Of a stretch of DNA of 64,000 bases, positions 1-10,860 are shown one piece after another (position 1 is the first letter of the stretch; each line of letters begins with the position of its first letter). The stretch covers positions 182,796 through 246,795 of IMG/VR virus record IMGVR_UViG_3300034095_001474; one strand, 5' to 3'. The notes under the pieces are model-generated. The model saw nothing but the letters and a program-made list of their open reading frames with translations, was not told the DNA's origin and searched no databases. The position numbers and the translations under genes are program-made. This stretch comes from a virus. Lineage: Duplodnaviria > Caudoviricetes.

Positions 1-208
1 CATGCATGTGATGTGTTTCACCACAAGACCAACATTTAAACATACCTCGATTGTAATTGATTTCTAAGTTTCCTTTACCATCACCTTCAGCCAAATTCTT
101 TTCGTCAGAACAAGCTGGACAATCAAATGCCACTTGTCCAGTATCTTCATTATGCTTTCTAGGTTCACCCAAAAAACTCTTTAAAATATCAACTACTAAG
201 AAATCCAT
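1..208 (-). CDS. DNA primase, N-terminal zinc-binding domain (partial, runs off the left edge; not in the ORF track)
   Basis: Manual translation from ATG at 208: MDFLVVDILKSFLGEPRKHNEDTGQVAFDCPACSDEK...GNLEINYNRGMFKCWSCGETHHMH. The CPxC...CWSC pattern fits a primase Zn domain. Confidence 0.75.
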   Translation of the reverse strand, partial: MDFLVVDILKSFLGEPRKHNEDTGQVAFDCPACSDEKNLAEGDGKGNLEINYNRGMFKCWSCGETHHMH

Positions 209-212
209 AATA

Positions 213-244
213 CAAATGTACTAAATTCTTTTGTAACCACCAAA
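213..244 (-). promoter_or_regulatory. Bacteroidota sigma-A type promoter upstream of the primase gene
   Basis: Minus strand reads TTTG-N20-TACATTTG, matching the -33/-7 consensus TTTG-N19-21-TAnnTTTG. Confidence 0.75.
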
Positions 245-262
245 AAAATATATATATTTTAT

Positions 263-910
263 TTATCTAGGCCAAATACCAACCTTATTCATATAACCTA
301 TACCACATACGTAGGCATCTGATGTATCAAATGTTTCTTTTTTCAATTTGTTGTTTTTATCATAAAACCAAGTTACTTGTGGTTCCAATTCAGCAACTTT
401 TTCCCAAAGTATATATTTTTTATCTACATCAAACGGATATTCACCAAATAAAACGGGTGTATTTTTTGCAATTACTTTTTCAGCCAATGCAACACCATCT
501 TTTTTGAATTTTCTAACAGCCATAAGTTCTGGAAAAGCATATTTACGAGCATCATATGATGAAATGAATTCTGGAACAACACCTATAGTATCATACACTG
601 ATTTTGATATCATACCATTGAAACGTAACAATGTTGCAATAGTATAAACATTATTAGATTGTAAAAGAGGTTCTTCAATAACTACTTTAGTAATCCCAAA
701 ATCGCTATAATGCGTTAGAAATTCTTGTTCAAAAATTTCAACTTTTCTGAACAACTCTTCCATTTTATTTTCTGGTTTAGGTTTCACTTTAGGTGACACA
801 TGATGTAATAATTTTAATTCACCATGGTTACCCATATCTTCAAATATCGCAATACCAATTGTTGAAGTTGATACATCTAAACTTAGTAAGAATTCTGGTT
901 CTTTTATCAT
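263..910 (-). CDS. ruvC: RuvC-like Holliday junction resolvase (RNase H fold)
   Basis: LSLDVSTSTIGIA (catalytic D), VVIEEPL (E) and C-terminal DTSDAYV (D..D) acidic residues. Confidence 0.7.
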   Translation of the reverse strand: MIKEPEFLLSLDVSTSTIGIAIFEDMGNHGELKLLHHVSPKVKPKPENKMEELFRKVEIFEQEFLTHYSDFGITKVVIEEPLLQSNNVYTIATLLRFNGMISKSVYDTIGVVPEFISSYDARKYAFPELMAVRKFKKDGVALAEKVIAKNTPVLFGEYPFDVDKKYILWEKVAELEPQVTWFYDKNNKLKKETFDTSDAYVCGIGYMNKVGIWPR

Positions 911-956
911 AAAATTTTTATTATTAATTTAAGATACTTTATTCAAAAATAAAGGC

Positions 957-2159
957 TTAAATTGTAATATTTACAGAAAGAGCTAAAAATTGATTAACAT
1001 TTTTAGAAATTTGACGGTCCGTTTTACCATAAGCAATCAAATTTCCTAATTCATCATATAAACCCACTTCACTAATTCTAGGAACGTCACCATCACCAAA
1101 TGTCAAGTTAGTTGTTCCACCAAATTCACCTCTATCAGCAATACATGTAATCATTTGAGTCACACTTGTTGATACACTATCTAAAGTTACTGTAGTAGCA
1201 GTTGCAGCAGAAGCAGTATAATTACCTACAATTGTTGGGTCCGTTATTACTATGAATCCTTTATCTAAATAAGACATACCAACAGCAGTGTCAGCTGTAA
1301 GACTTAAATTAGTGTTTGTTTGTAAATTATATGTTTGTTTGTTGTTTACACTAAAAGGTTTTCCTAAACCGTAACCAGTAGCCCAACTCAATGAAGCATT
1401 ACCACCATTAGGTGTCATGATTGCATCACAGAACATTGGAGCAACGTTGTAACCAAATTGACCAGTTGCAGCGGCTGTATCAGCAAATAATGCATCTAAT
1501 TCATGTATAGGCGTTAAACCACCTAAATACGTACTATAAAGAGTATATGTACCAGCACTAGTTGGTAATTCAACTTTTACTGTTTTACCATCAATCAATT
1601 CACCATATTGTGAATTATCAACACCAATAACAATTATTTTAGATGTACCTAAACCACTCAAAGCAGTATCGGAAAAACCACCATTTATATATGTTGTTCC
1701 AGTAAAGTTTGTATCGTTACTAGAATTTACAGACAAACCAAATGAGAAAAACAAATTAACCAATGAATCAGTTAAAAAATTAGCTCTATCAACATAATTT
1801 ACTGTTACATTTGAACCAGTAAGTACAACTGAACCCAATACACCATTTTCAGTGATGATAGTTGTTGATTGAGAAGAAACTTCTTTACGGATTGAACCAG
1901 AAGGATTAGCAATAAGGTATGTAGAGAGATTTATATTTCTAGCAGTACTATTACTAACACTGTTACCAAAACCAATGTTACCGTTGATACCTGGTACTTG
2001 ACCAGATTCCAAAGTTAAATCCATTTCATAATTAGCATCTGAATCACCTAAACTAAAAGTTTGGATTAATGCGTTATTTGTAGACACAAGCTTTTCTCTC
2101 CCTATCGGAGTTAATTTAGCTGTTAGTGTAATTGTCGAAGCAGTGTTATTAAATCCCAT
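957..2159 (-). CDS. Baseplate/tail-fibre attachment protein (DUF3751-like), paralog of the next gene
   Basis: N-terminal KLTPIGREKL...FSLGDSDANY and C-terminal RISEVGLYDELGNLIAYGK motifs. Confidence 0.55.
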   Translation of the reverse strand: MGFNNTASTITLTAKLTPIGREKLVSTNNALIQTFSLGDSDANYEMDLTLESGQVPGINGNIGFGNSVSNSTARNINLSTYLIANPSGSIRKEVSSQSTTIITENGVLGSVVLTGSNVTVNYVDRANFLTDSLVNLFFSFGLSVNSSNDTNFTGTTYINGGFSDTALSGLGTSKIIVIGVDNSQYGELIDGKTVKVELPTSAGTYTLYSTYLGGLTPIHELDALFADTAAATGQFGYNVAPMFCDAIMTPNGGNASLSWATGYGLGKPFSVNNKQTYNLQTNTNLSLTADTAVGMSYLDKGFIVITDPTIVGNYTASAATATTVTLDSVSTSVTQMITCIADRGEFGGTTNLTFGDGDVPRISEVGLYDELGNLIAYGKTDRQISKNVNQFLALSVNITI

Positions 2160-2160
2160 A

Positions 2161-4326
2161 TTAAAAATCCATTGATAATTCTAGCATAATTGTATTCCCG
2201 TTGGTTAAAGCAACTGGAGTACTTAGTTTTCCAATACATACTAAGTTTTTGTCTGTATCATAGATACCAACCTCACTAATTTTAATATTAGGTGGGTTTG
2301 TTGTTGTATCTGTACTTCTAGTAGAGTTAGTTGTTGCAACGTACTCACTGCTATTAACTTTTATGTCGAAGATTGTTTTGTATATCGTAGCACCAATATA
2401 AGTTGAAAGGTTTCCGTAGAAAAATCTTTCATCACCAAATTGTAATTTTTCTGGTGATACATTTGGTGGTAAGTTCAATAAATCTATTAAATTAAATATT
2501 GTTGATGCGTTTCCTTTTAAAACATCTAATATAAACCCAGTAGCCAATGGCGATTGATTCTCCAATAATTTAGGGTCAATTGTTTCACCAGCAACACCAG
2601 TAATAGCTGTAGTAGTAAAATCATACTCTTTCCAAGCACCAGCTTCTGGTCTATCCATTGAGTCAGAAACAATTTGATACAATAATTTAAAATTATAAGC
2701 ATAGAAACCATAACCATCAGTAGATGTTTCTTTCTTTCTCATGTATGGTAACATATCAGTTTCATTTATTTTAAATGAAACGTCTTTTGGTGACGATGTA
2801 TTGTTTGTGATTTTAATATATGATTGACAAGGCAACGCTGAAGTAAATCCAGTTTGACCAATGTTATCCAATGAGTAAGTTAAATACATTGTTTCGTTTG
2901 TATTCAACACACCAGTAGATGTACCACCAGAAGGTGATGATAATGTAGCAGATAATTCTGGTAATGTCCAGTTTCTATTTGATTTGTAAGACATTGCAGC
3001 AACTATATCGTCATTATGAATAACAACAGTTTTTAATTGTGGATAAACTCTACCAACAACATTTGGTGTTGCACTAGTATTTAAAAATGTTGGGTCTTCG
3101 ATTAATTCAATATATTCAATATCTTGAGTTGTAAGATATGTACTACCAGTAGCAATAAATTTCATACCCATAGTTGTACCACTAGCTGTACCACCATTTC
3201 TTCTATGATACATTAAATCTGGTAAATTAATACTTAAATTTTTGTTGTTTATAGCATCTGTATAGAAGAATTCACCATATAAGTTTGAAATCGTATTGTT
3301 TGTATAATGCAATATTGAAATTGATTTTGACACATCATCTAAATAACTTTGTCCAGGTCCAGCACAATTAAACGCCAATGCAGTTTCAGTTGTTGCTGTT
3401 GTTTTACACAAATACCCTAAATATGGGTTTTTTGTACCTAAATAAGGATAAGAACCATATTTGGTAAAGTCTTCATATAAATTTGTTGTTGTTAAACCAG
3501 TAACACCAGCCAACGTCTCACACCACACATTATTCATATTCCATACTGGAACATCACTACATGTGATATTGTTCGCTGAATCGAATGATAACGTACCAGA
3601 ATCCCAATACGCAGTTGTGTTGTTAGCTCCAAAAGAATCAGCCACTTCACCACCTTTATAAATAAAAATTTGAGAGTACCCAGTCCAACTATTTAAATCT
3701 GGTAAATTTCTATCAACTGTAAGTGTTGCATCAGTTGGTCCATTAACTGTTATCGCTTCTACTTTATACCATAAATTTTGTAACGGTTTGTCGTTGGTAT
3801 TTGGTATTAAATAATCACCATTTTCAGCACCATGTTTAACCAATACAAAATCACCAACTGTAACAGCTGAATAACTAATACTAAATTGAGTTCCACCAGT
3901 GAAAATAATAGTGCTAGGGTTTGAATTAAACTGTTGATAAATAATATATTCAGTATCGGTTTTAGTTGTATAACTTGAACCAGATAATTCAAAGAATCCT
4001 CTTTCAGTTGCTTCATTATTTACAACTACTTTAACAACACTCATAACAGAACCATCTACTGGTTTGTAATAATCACCAGTCAAAGATGGATAAATAAATG
4101 ATTTTAATTTAGGTTGTCTATCAAAAGGTCTCATTACAACACTAGTTGCTGATAACGTAACGTTTGTAGGGTTAGCATCAACTATCGCTTCTCTTTCGTA
4201 ATTTATTTCTGAATCGCCAATAGCAAAATAAGAAAATGTTAATTTTCCTTGTGACAACATTTCTCTACCAGTTTGAGTCAATTTGATACTTACAAATGGA
4301 CTAGTGTTTTTAATTATGTAACTCAT
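2161..4326 (-). CDS. Baseplate/tail-fibre attachment protein (DUF3751-like) with a long insertion
   Basis: N-terminal KLTQTGREML...FAIGDSEINY and C-terminal KISEVGIYDTDKNLVCIGK motifs. Confidence 0.55.
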   Translation of the reverse strand: MSYIIKNTSPFVSIKLTQTGREMLSQGKLTFSYFAIGDSEINYEREAIVDANPTNVTLSATSVVMRPFDRQPKLKSFIYPSLTGDYYKPVDGSVMSVVKVVVNNEATERGFFELSGSSYTTKTDTEYIIYQQFNSNPSTIIFTGGTQFSISYSAVTVGDFVLVKHGAENGDYLIPNTNDKPLQNLWYKVEAITVNGPTDATLTVDRNLPDLNSWTGYSQIFIYKGGEVADSFGANNTTAYWDSGTLSFDSANNITCSDVPVWNMNNVWCETLAGVTGLTTTNLYEDFTKYGSYPYLGTKNPYLGYLCKTTATTETALAFNCAGPGQSYLDDVSKSISILHYTNNTISNLYGEFFYTDAINNKNLSINLPDLMYHRRNGGTASGTTMGMKFIATGSTYLTTQDIEYIELIEDPTFLNTSATPNVVGRVYPQLKTVVIHNDDIVAAMSYKSNRNWTLPELSATLSSPSGGTSTGVLNTNETMYLTYSLDNIGQTGFTSALPCQSYIKITNNTSSPKDVSFKINETDMLPYMRKKETSTDGYGFYAYNFKLLYQIVSDSMDRPEAGAWKEYDFTTTAITGVAGETIDPKLLENQSPLATGFILDVLKGNASTIFNLIDLLNLPPNVSPEKLQFGDERFFYGNLSTYIGATIYKTIFDIKVNSSEYVATTNSTRSTDTTTNPPNIKISEVGIYDTDKNLVCIGKLSTPVALTNGNTIMLELSMDF

Positions 4327-4330
4327 ATGT

Positions 4331-4366
4331 TATAAATATGTTTTTATCTTATTTTAGTTATAAATA
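4331..4366 (-). promoter_or_regulatory. Two copies of the TATTTATA putative late-promoter motif
   Basis: Plus-strand tataaata at 4331-4338 and 4359-4366, 4 and 32 nt upstream of the ATG at 4326. Confidence 0.55.
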
Positions 4367-4383
4367 TACAATAGTAAATATTA

Positions 4384-5814
4384 TTAGTATGAATTTATTG
4401 CATTTGATTGTATGACAACTGGAATTATATCGCTATATGCAATAGTAGTTACAATGTCACCACACAAAGTTTCGTAATTTTTTTGGTTCTTTACTCTATA
4501 ATACAGCGTTGTACCAATAGTACCAGTTGCTATAAATGAATCAGAATAAAAAACAGATGATGTATTATAAATTGAATATCCAGAGTAATAAAAATTAGTA
4601 AAAGTATTTGCAGTACTAACTTCCAATGAGAAATATCCGTTATTTTTTTGTGGTAATTCAGTTATTGACCAAGAAACAATTGGTGTATTGGTATTTAATC
4701 CGTTTACAGTACTATTTGCTGGAAAATAAACTATCGTAATAATATCACCAACAAATATATCACCTTCTAAAATAATTCTTTTAGAATTGGTTGTTGATTG
4801 ATAAAAATCCACATTATTTGAAAGTGTAACGCCATTAAGCATTACAATTAAATCATTTATTTGCGATGGTATTACAGAAGTATAAATTTCATATTTACCA
4901 CTAGTTGTGTTGAAATATGCTAAATTAGAACCTTGATTATTTGATGTACCACTAACTATTGACGTTACAATATCGATATTATCAGATATTAAATTAGGAC
5001 CACCAGAAGATGTGTAAATAAATGTAATTATATCATCATCAACTGTTAAACCATTAAGTGTTACAACATCACCACTATATGAATAATCTAAATTATTTGC
5101 CAACACCAATCCATTAAGTGTCAACACAAAATTACCAATATTTGGTGGTTTTGGGATATATTGACTACCAGAAACTGGTAAAATTACACTTTGAGTCAAT
5201 GCATTTGCTGATGAATCATTCGTACCATTATTTATAAAATTAGGTATTTCAGCTTGTTTTATAGCAACAAAATAATAATCTAAATTTTTATCATAAATAC
5301 CATATTGGTCACCATAAATATAATTGATAGTATCAACACCTTTTCCTAATCTTTTCAAGAAATCTGTACAAGCACTAAATTGGTAAAAACCTTTTATCAT
5401 ATAATCACCATCTATTGTTATACCACTAGATGGAATATATTGTGTTGTTGTATTTGTTGCACTAAATGCTGAATATTGTAACGTTTCTGATTTATAAACT
5501 GGAATACCATTAAATACATCTAAGATACTATCGTATTTATAAATTTGATATCTAAAGTTGGCTTCGGTATCAATAAAAGTTTGAGTGTTGGCTGTAAAAT
5601 CAAACGTCAAAGGAATAGTTTGAGTATTCGCACTAATAATATATGTAGCACCAGTTACAGTACTACCAGTACAATTTATTTTTGTAGCACCGCTTATATT
5701 ATATAAAGGGCTATTAAAAACGCACATATCAGAACTCATATTGAAATTATTAAAATTTCTATTCCTAACTGCCGAATTCTGATTCTGTATGTATATTCTT
5801 TCTTGGTATCTCAT
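4384..5814 (-). CDS. Virion structural protein with two internal beta-rich repeats
   Basis: Repeats LTLNGLVLANNLDY...DDIITFIY and VMLNGVTLSNNVDF...GDIITIVY; Thr/Ser/Asn-rich; baseplate context. Confidence 0.5.
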   Translation of the reverse strand: MRYQERIYIQNQNSAVRNRNFNNFNMSSDMCVFNSPLYNISGATKINCTGSTVTGATYIISANTQTIPLTFDFTANTQTFIDTEANFRYQIYKYDSILDVFNGIPVYKSETLQYSAFSATNTTTQYIPSSGITIDGDYMIKGFYQFSACTDFLKRLGKGVDTINYIYGDQYGIYDKNLDYYFVAIKQAEIPNFINNGTNDSSANALTQSVILPVSGSQYIPKPPNIGNFVLTLNGLVLANNLDYSYSGDVVTLNGLTVDDDIITFIYTSSGGPNLISDNIDIVTSIVSGTSNNQGSNLAYFNTTSGKYEIYTSVIPSQINDLIVMLNGVTLSNNVDFYQSTTNSKRIILEGDIFVGDIITIVYFPANSTVNGLNTNTPIVSWSITELPQKNNGYFSLEVSTANTFTNFYYSGYSIYNTSSVFYSDSFIATGTIGTTLYYRVKNQKNYETLCGDIVTTIAYSDIIPVVIQSNAINSY

Positions 5815-6056
5815 TAGTAACTGATTTCCAATGTTTTTATTTCAATGTTATTTGTATTTACCAACCCAAATTCCATTGGTTTAATTAATTCAGTAGTTTT
5901 TTCAATTCTAGAGAAATTTTGTAGATACGCAACAAAACCATTAAGATTTATGTAATCTTCTTGTTGTATTTGACCATAAACATTACTAACAAATCTAACG
6001 TCACCGATTACGTTTGTTAATATTTCCCCTTGTACTTTTTTTAATAACTGTGGCAT
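5814..6056 (-). CDS. Small hypothetical protein translationally coupled to the downstream gene
   Basis: 80-aa ORF whose stop overlaps the next start (TAATG); TATTTATA lies 3 nt upstream. Confidence 0.6.
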   Translation of the reverse strand: MPQLLKKVQGEILTNVIGDVRFVSNVYGQIQQEDYINLNGFVAYLQNFSRIEKTTELIKPMEFGLVNTNNIEIKTLEISY

Positions 6057-6059
6057 ATC

Positions 6060-6067
6060 TATAAATA
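6060..6067 (-). promoter_or_regulatory. TATTTATA putative late-promoter motif
   Basis: Exact octamer 3 nt upstream of the ATG at 6056. Confidence 0.5.
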
Positions 6068-6102
6068 TAATTTAATTTGTTTAATTTTTATTTTATTTAA
6101 AT

Positions 6103-7197
6103 TTAATACACCAATATAGTATTATCACTATTAGGTACAGTATTTTTATTTACAGTTTTTAAGTTAGAAATATTTACTTTACCTCTAAATTCAGAACCAT
6201 TATCCATTTGTTTCATATAAACACCAATACATTTTGTTGTTTTTGGTTTAACAATACCATCGGTTGGATAGATTGTAGTTGATAAAACTTCAATATCTGA
6301 TTGGACACCTATATTTTCTTCATTTTTAAAACACGTAAATAAAGTACCTTTTTTATACATGAATTTTTGCTGATGAAACATTGTGTTGCTATATATTTTA
6401 GTACTTCCCCAAATTGTTGTTGCTGGAATTACTTGTTCAATCATATCAACCCAATATGTTCCAACCATATTTGCAAGACCATCCATTTTTCTATAATCAT
6501 AAGCAGAACTTTGAACCCCAGTGTAAATAGATGAATTAACATATCTATCATACAATGCTCTAATTGTTGGGTAACCAGATAAAGTTTTTCTATCTTTAAC
6601 ATCAATAAGTTCAGTTGTTAAATAATTATCAAATTGTTCATTTGTGGTCATCGATGATAACGATTCAGTCATCAAATCATTGAAATTAACTTTGAAATTA
6701 TCACCACAACATAATGATGAATAAGTACCATCTTCGTTTTCACCACCCATTGGGTGTATTTTCGTAACACATGTGTTTCTTCTTCTATCCCAATAACAAT
6801 TAGGTATGTTTCTGTATGTATAAGTTTGAAAATAAGTTGCAAATCTTTCAGAAGCACATATATAAATAGAATAACTGGATGGGTCAGCACATTCTGGTGT
6901 TTGATTTTCGCTATAATAAAATGCTGATATTAATTCATTTCTAGTTTCGTCAAATTTATTACTTAATAGACTACAAAATTCTTCAGTAACTTGTGATGTA
7001 AAATTTTGTATTGTATCTGTTGACCCAGTAAAATAATTTGAGTCATAATAAACACCCAATTTACCATCTGGGTTGTTAACAAACACAAAATCTTTCATAT
7101 AGTAATGACTATACCAAGTATCTCTAGTGAATATTTGTAAGTTTGATGTTGCTGAACCTTTTGGAAAGGCAAAATCATATGGGTCGAAAAAATACAT
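6103..7197 (-). CDS. Baseplate wedge-associated protein, possibly the C-terminal part of a split gp7-like protein
   Basis: GYPTIRALYDRY...YWVDMIEQVIPATTIWGS...FHQQKFMYK block; Cys-rich; wedge gene context. Confidence 0.45.
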   Translation of the reverse strand: MYFFDPYDFAFPKGSATSNLQIFTRDTWYSHYYMKDFVFVNNPDGKLGVYYDSNYFTGSTDTIQNFTSQVTEEFCSLLSNKFDETRNELISAFYYSENQTPECADPSSYSIYICASERFATYFQTYTYRNIPNCYWDRRRNTCVTKIHPMGGENEDGTYSSLCCGDNFKVNFNDLMTESLSSMTTNEQFDNYLTTELIDVKDRKTLSGYPTIRALYDRYVNSSIYTGVQSSAYDYRKMDGLANMVGTYWVDMIEQVIPATTIWGSTKIYSNTMFHQQKFMYKKGTLFTCFKNEENIGVQSDIEVLSTTIYPTDGIVKPKTTKCIGVYMKQMDNGSEFRGKVNISNLKTVNKNTVPNSDNTILVY

Positions 7198-7226
7198 ATA
7201 TTTATTTTATTATTATTTTTATATTA

Positions 7227-10200
7227 TTAACAATTAGTACAATTATTTAAAGCGTAATCTAAATCTTCTTGTATTTGACCTAGAATAGTTGTTTTAAATG
7301 TATTAATACTATTTAATGCTGTTGTTATGTTAAATGTTTGTGTTGACGCTGACGTTGGACAAACAATCGGTAATGTTCTATCTTTTAAATTAAAATCGTT
7401 ATTCGTTACATGGTAAACTTCGTTAGTGTTATCATTAACAACATCAAAATGAACATAATAATTTTCATCAAATTCCCAATTTCTATCAATACCGTTATCA
7501 CTGGCACCAGCTAATGGTAATGTGCTAGTACTACCAGAAATATAAGTACCAAACTCACTACTGCTACATTGATTTGTATAATCCCATTGTGATGCATTTA
7601 TATCCCAATAAGCACTATTAGGGTCTGTTATACCAACATATACTTTAACCCTAGCTAAACCTACACCAGTCGTGCTTCTAAAAGGACATGTTGATGTTGG
7701 GTCATTAAGAACATATTCTTCTTTGAAAACAATATCACCATTTTGACTACCTTTTCTTACAGTTGTTGTTACTTTAATCGGAATATAACCACTAGTTTCA
7801 TCTGGAGTCAAATTGGTAGCTGGGTCTATTATATAAATAAAATATTCTGGTGTTCTTTCTAATAATTTTGTTTCATTTGCTAATTTTTTGTTAGTATCAC
7901 TATGAACTCTATTTAATTGTGATATATCAACACTAATATTTGGCCAAGTAAAATCAAAACCACTACAAGCAGTTGTACCACTGTTTCTTAAATAAACATC
8001 CACAACACATTGTGGTGTTTCACCTATAGGGTTACCTCCATAATTTGTCCAGAAATTCAATGATGTAATAGGATAATGCATACTAAATTGTTCTGGAACA
8101 ACTTCTTTAAACATATTTGTCATACATTTACCCTTTATTGAATCCCATTCTATATAAAAACTATCTTCAACTGGGTTAACCCATTCATTGTGTGCTGTAT
8201 TATTATTTGTTTGGTAATGAAAAGACATCATTTGAATCCATGTAGTATAATTAGTTGGCATCAATATTTTACAGAAAAATGATGCTTTTTCTGGTGTATA
8301 CGGTGGAACAAGACCACCGTATATCGCATCATCTTCTTGTACGAAACTAGTAATATCAATCCATGTTTTATTTCGTGGAGCATAATCTGAATTAGCCCAA
8401 TAAACTTTAAGTTCTTTTGTTGGTGATTCAACAAAATACATATATCCACCTTCAGCTATTACTTTTAAAATCCTACCACTTTTTGTGTTAAACATCATCG
8501 GTGCTAATTTCTCATGTAAAGAAAAAGTTTTACTAACATATTCGTCTATTTCATCACCAGATATTAACTCCTCATCAATTGTTAACCCCTCAATAAAACC
8601 ACCACCAGAAGCCAGATTAAATTCATCCAAAGCTTTTATCCATGCAGCTCTAGTATCTCTATAAATCATCATAGCGTCATCAGATGGATTTGGGTGATAA
8701 ATAGCATCTTTCAAATCCAAATATGGTGCAGTAGCTAACATAAATTCATTCCAAGACTTTAACCATGCATCTCTTACTGCTCTAGAATTTGTTAATAAAT
8801 CTTCTGGGTCTAGAGGTGATGGTATAAGACCACTAGTAAGTGCATCTTCATAACTAATTATCTCAAAAACATCTTCATAAGATTCTAATAAACATTCACA
8901 ATCAATTGAAGGAACTGAATCTAAAAGACCTAAATTATCATTTATATAGCATTGTACATCATTTTCTATAGCACTTGCTATGTTGATATCCAAATCAATT
9001 TCTTTGGTGTTTATAACCAATCTTTCATCATTAACGTCATAATTAGTTTTCCTAATCATGTTTTGACCAACATTATTTGAAATATCAAAATCTCTGTTTA
9101 CACGTGTTATGTTTTTAAGCCATGATTTTTTGTTATCAATAATTTTTTCTAAATGAAAACCTGGTGATTCATTAATAAATACAGATTGACCATTTCCATC
9201 AATACACGTTTTATTTAATTTAATGTTATCTATATAGATACAAACATTAGAACACGTATTATTTATTTTTAAAGATAATTTTATCTTTTTATTCGCTATT
9301 TGAGCTATAATATTTACGTCATCAATTGTTAATTTGTAATTTAACCAATTTGAAGCAAAAATACTATTAGATAAACTAGACTTAAATGTTTCTAAATCAG
9401 TAGCAGTATCAGTTAAACCAGATTGTTTTTTTAATTCAGTTAAAAATGAATCTTTAACTATTTTACATGGTTCAACATTTGTATAAGTTGTTGCATAATC
9501 TTCTAAATCAAAACTAAACGGTACTGTTGGTCCAGTTAATTCATTACCATAATTAAGTGCTGTACACCCAGTAAGACTATCGCTACCACAAATATAAAAA
9601 CCACTGTCATATGGATGTTGTCTTAAATAATCATATAAATTATCGGTACCAATAGCTGCGAATAATTCAGAGTCATATATTGTTGTTAAAGTACCATCTG
9701 AATTTATAACCTCTAACATAACGGAAACATCTAAAGTTTCTAATGCTGCTGTTGGTGTTGAACACGATGTAGGTACATTTTCTTGTGAATTCAAAGTATT
9801 TAATTCAGCTTCTAAGACAGCAATATTAGCTTGACATTCTTTTTGGTTTTCAACCAATATATCTATCTCAAGTTTTAATTTACTTTTATAACCAAAAGGT
9901 ATTGTACATTCAGTAAGAATTAATGGACTATTATTACTATTTAATTGATTATTTATTGTTAATAACGCAGTAACATCTTCACATGTGTATGAATTTACAT
10001 CACCATCTAAAAATCTTTTATACCTAGCTGGACCTAAAATATTTTGCCATTGGATTAAACCACCATTCTCTTCATTTATACAATAATTTACATTTGGTTT
10101 AGTAGCAGCGGCTTTTGACCCATAAGCAAAAGGTACCGTAGTAGGACACGCTACAATTGAATAACTGGTACTAATAAATTCTTTAGATTTTATATCTATT

Positions 10201-10829
10201 TTAGAGCTTATTTGAGAACAATCTACTTTAGCTTTTGCAATAGTGTTTTCAAGTCTTAAAATTTCAGTTGCTAAGTTAGGGTTACCATTTGTTGTTATAG
10301 TTGGATTTAGTATATCAGCCAAATTTTGACAATCCATTTTAAATAAATAATCAAAATCTACTTCTAAACTACATTCTTTATCTCCATTACCAACATTAAA
10401 CATGGCACCATCATCGTTAACAGCGTTCAATACAACTTTAAATGAATCCAACACACATGTTTCTGCTTGTTGTTTCCATCTACATTTTTGACTATCATTA
10501 TCCCAATAAATTGCTGCTGTGTCAACACCAGAAAATAAATTTAATTTAGAGTTTGCTGATTGAATAACAAATGGTGTTCTAACTTTACAACAATAAGCAC
10601 CCATTTCTACTGGGTATTTATTTCTTCCATCAAAACCAAAAAAACTTATTGTACCATCATTATTTAATACTAGAGATGATTGTGTTGGTGTATAACCATC
10701 TATTGAACCGTATTGTTGGTAGTAGTTATTGTAGCTAACTTTGTAATCAGTAAATATAGATTTTAATACTTGGTCACCTAATTTTTTACAAGTATCACCA
10801 AAATTATCTAAATCGAAAAAATATGCCAT
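7227..10829 (-). CDS. Large Cys-rich virion protein with a coiled-coil segment
   Basis: 1200-aa ORF with YCCK and YWDNDSQKCRW motifs and a coiled coil (LEIDILVENQKECQANIAVLEAELNTL); baseplate context. Confidence 0.5.
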   Translation of the reverse strand: MAYFFDLDNFGDTCKKLGDQVLKSIFTDYKVSYNNYYQQYGSIDGYTPTQSSLVLNNDGTISFFGFDGRNKYPVEMGAYCCKVRTPFVIQSANSKLNLFSGVDTAAIYWDNDSQKCRWKQQAETCVLDSFKVVLNAVNDDGAMFNVGNGDKECSLEVDFDYLFKMDCQNLADILNPTITTNGNPNLATEILRLENTIAKAKVDCSQISSKIDIKSKEFISTSYSIVACPTTVPFAYGSKAAATKPNVNYCINEENGGLIQWQNILGPARYKRFLDGDVNSYTCEDVTALLTINNQLNSNNSPLILTECTIPFGYKSKLKLEIDILVENQKECQANIAVLEAELNTLNSQENVPTSCSTPTAALETLDVSVMLEVINSDGTLTTIYDSELFAAIGTDNLYDYLRQHPYDSGFYICGSDSLTGCTALNYGNELTGPTVPFSFDLEDYATTYTNVEPCKIVKDSFLTELKKQSGLTDTATDLETFKSSLSNSIFASNWLNYKLTIDDVNIIAQIANKKIKLSLKINNTCSNVCIYIDNIKLNKTCIDGNGQSVFINESPGFHLEKIIDNKKSWLKNITRVNRDFDISNNVGQNMIRKTNYDVNDERLVINTKEIDLDINIASAIENDVQCYINDNLGLLDSVPSIDCECLLESYEDVFEIISYEDALTSGLIPSPLDPEDLLTNSRAVRDAWLKSWNEFMLATAPYLDLKDAIYHPNPSDDAMMIYRDTRAAWIKALDEFNLASGGGFIEGLTIDEELISGDEIDEYVSKTFSLHEKLAPMMFNTKSGRILKVIAEGGYMYFVESPTKELKVYWANSDYAPRNKTWIDITSFVQEDDAIYGGLVPPYTPEKASFFCKILMPTNYTTWIQMMSFHYQTNNNTAHNEWVNPVEDSFYIEWDSIKGKCMTNMFKEVVPEQFSMHYPITSLNFWTNYGGNPIGETPQCVVDVYLRNSGTTACSGFDFTWPNISVDISQLNRVHSDTNKKLANETKLLERTPEYFIYIIDPATNLTPDETSGYIPIKVTTTVRKGSQNGDIVFKEEYVLNDPTSTCPFRSTTGVGLARVKVYVGITDPNSAYWDINASQWDYTNQCSSSEFGTYISGSTSTLPLAGASDNGIDRNWEFDENYYVHFDVVNDNTNEVYHVTNNDFNLKDRTLPIVCPTSASTQTFNITTALNSINTFKTTILGQIQEDLDYALNNCTNC

Positions 10830-10860
10830 ATGTTTTATTTATAATTATCTTTAATTTTTT

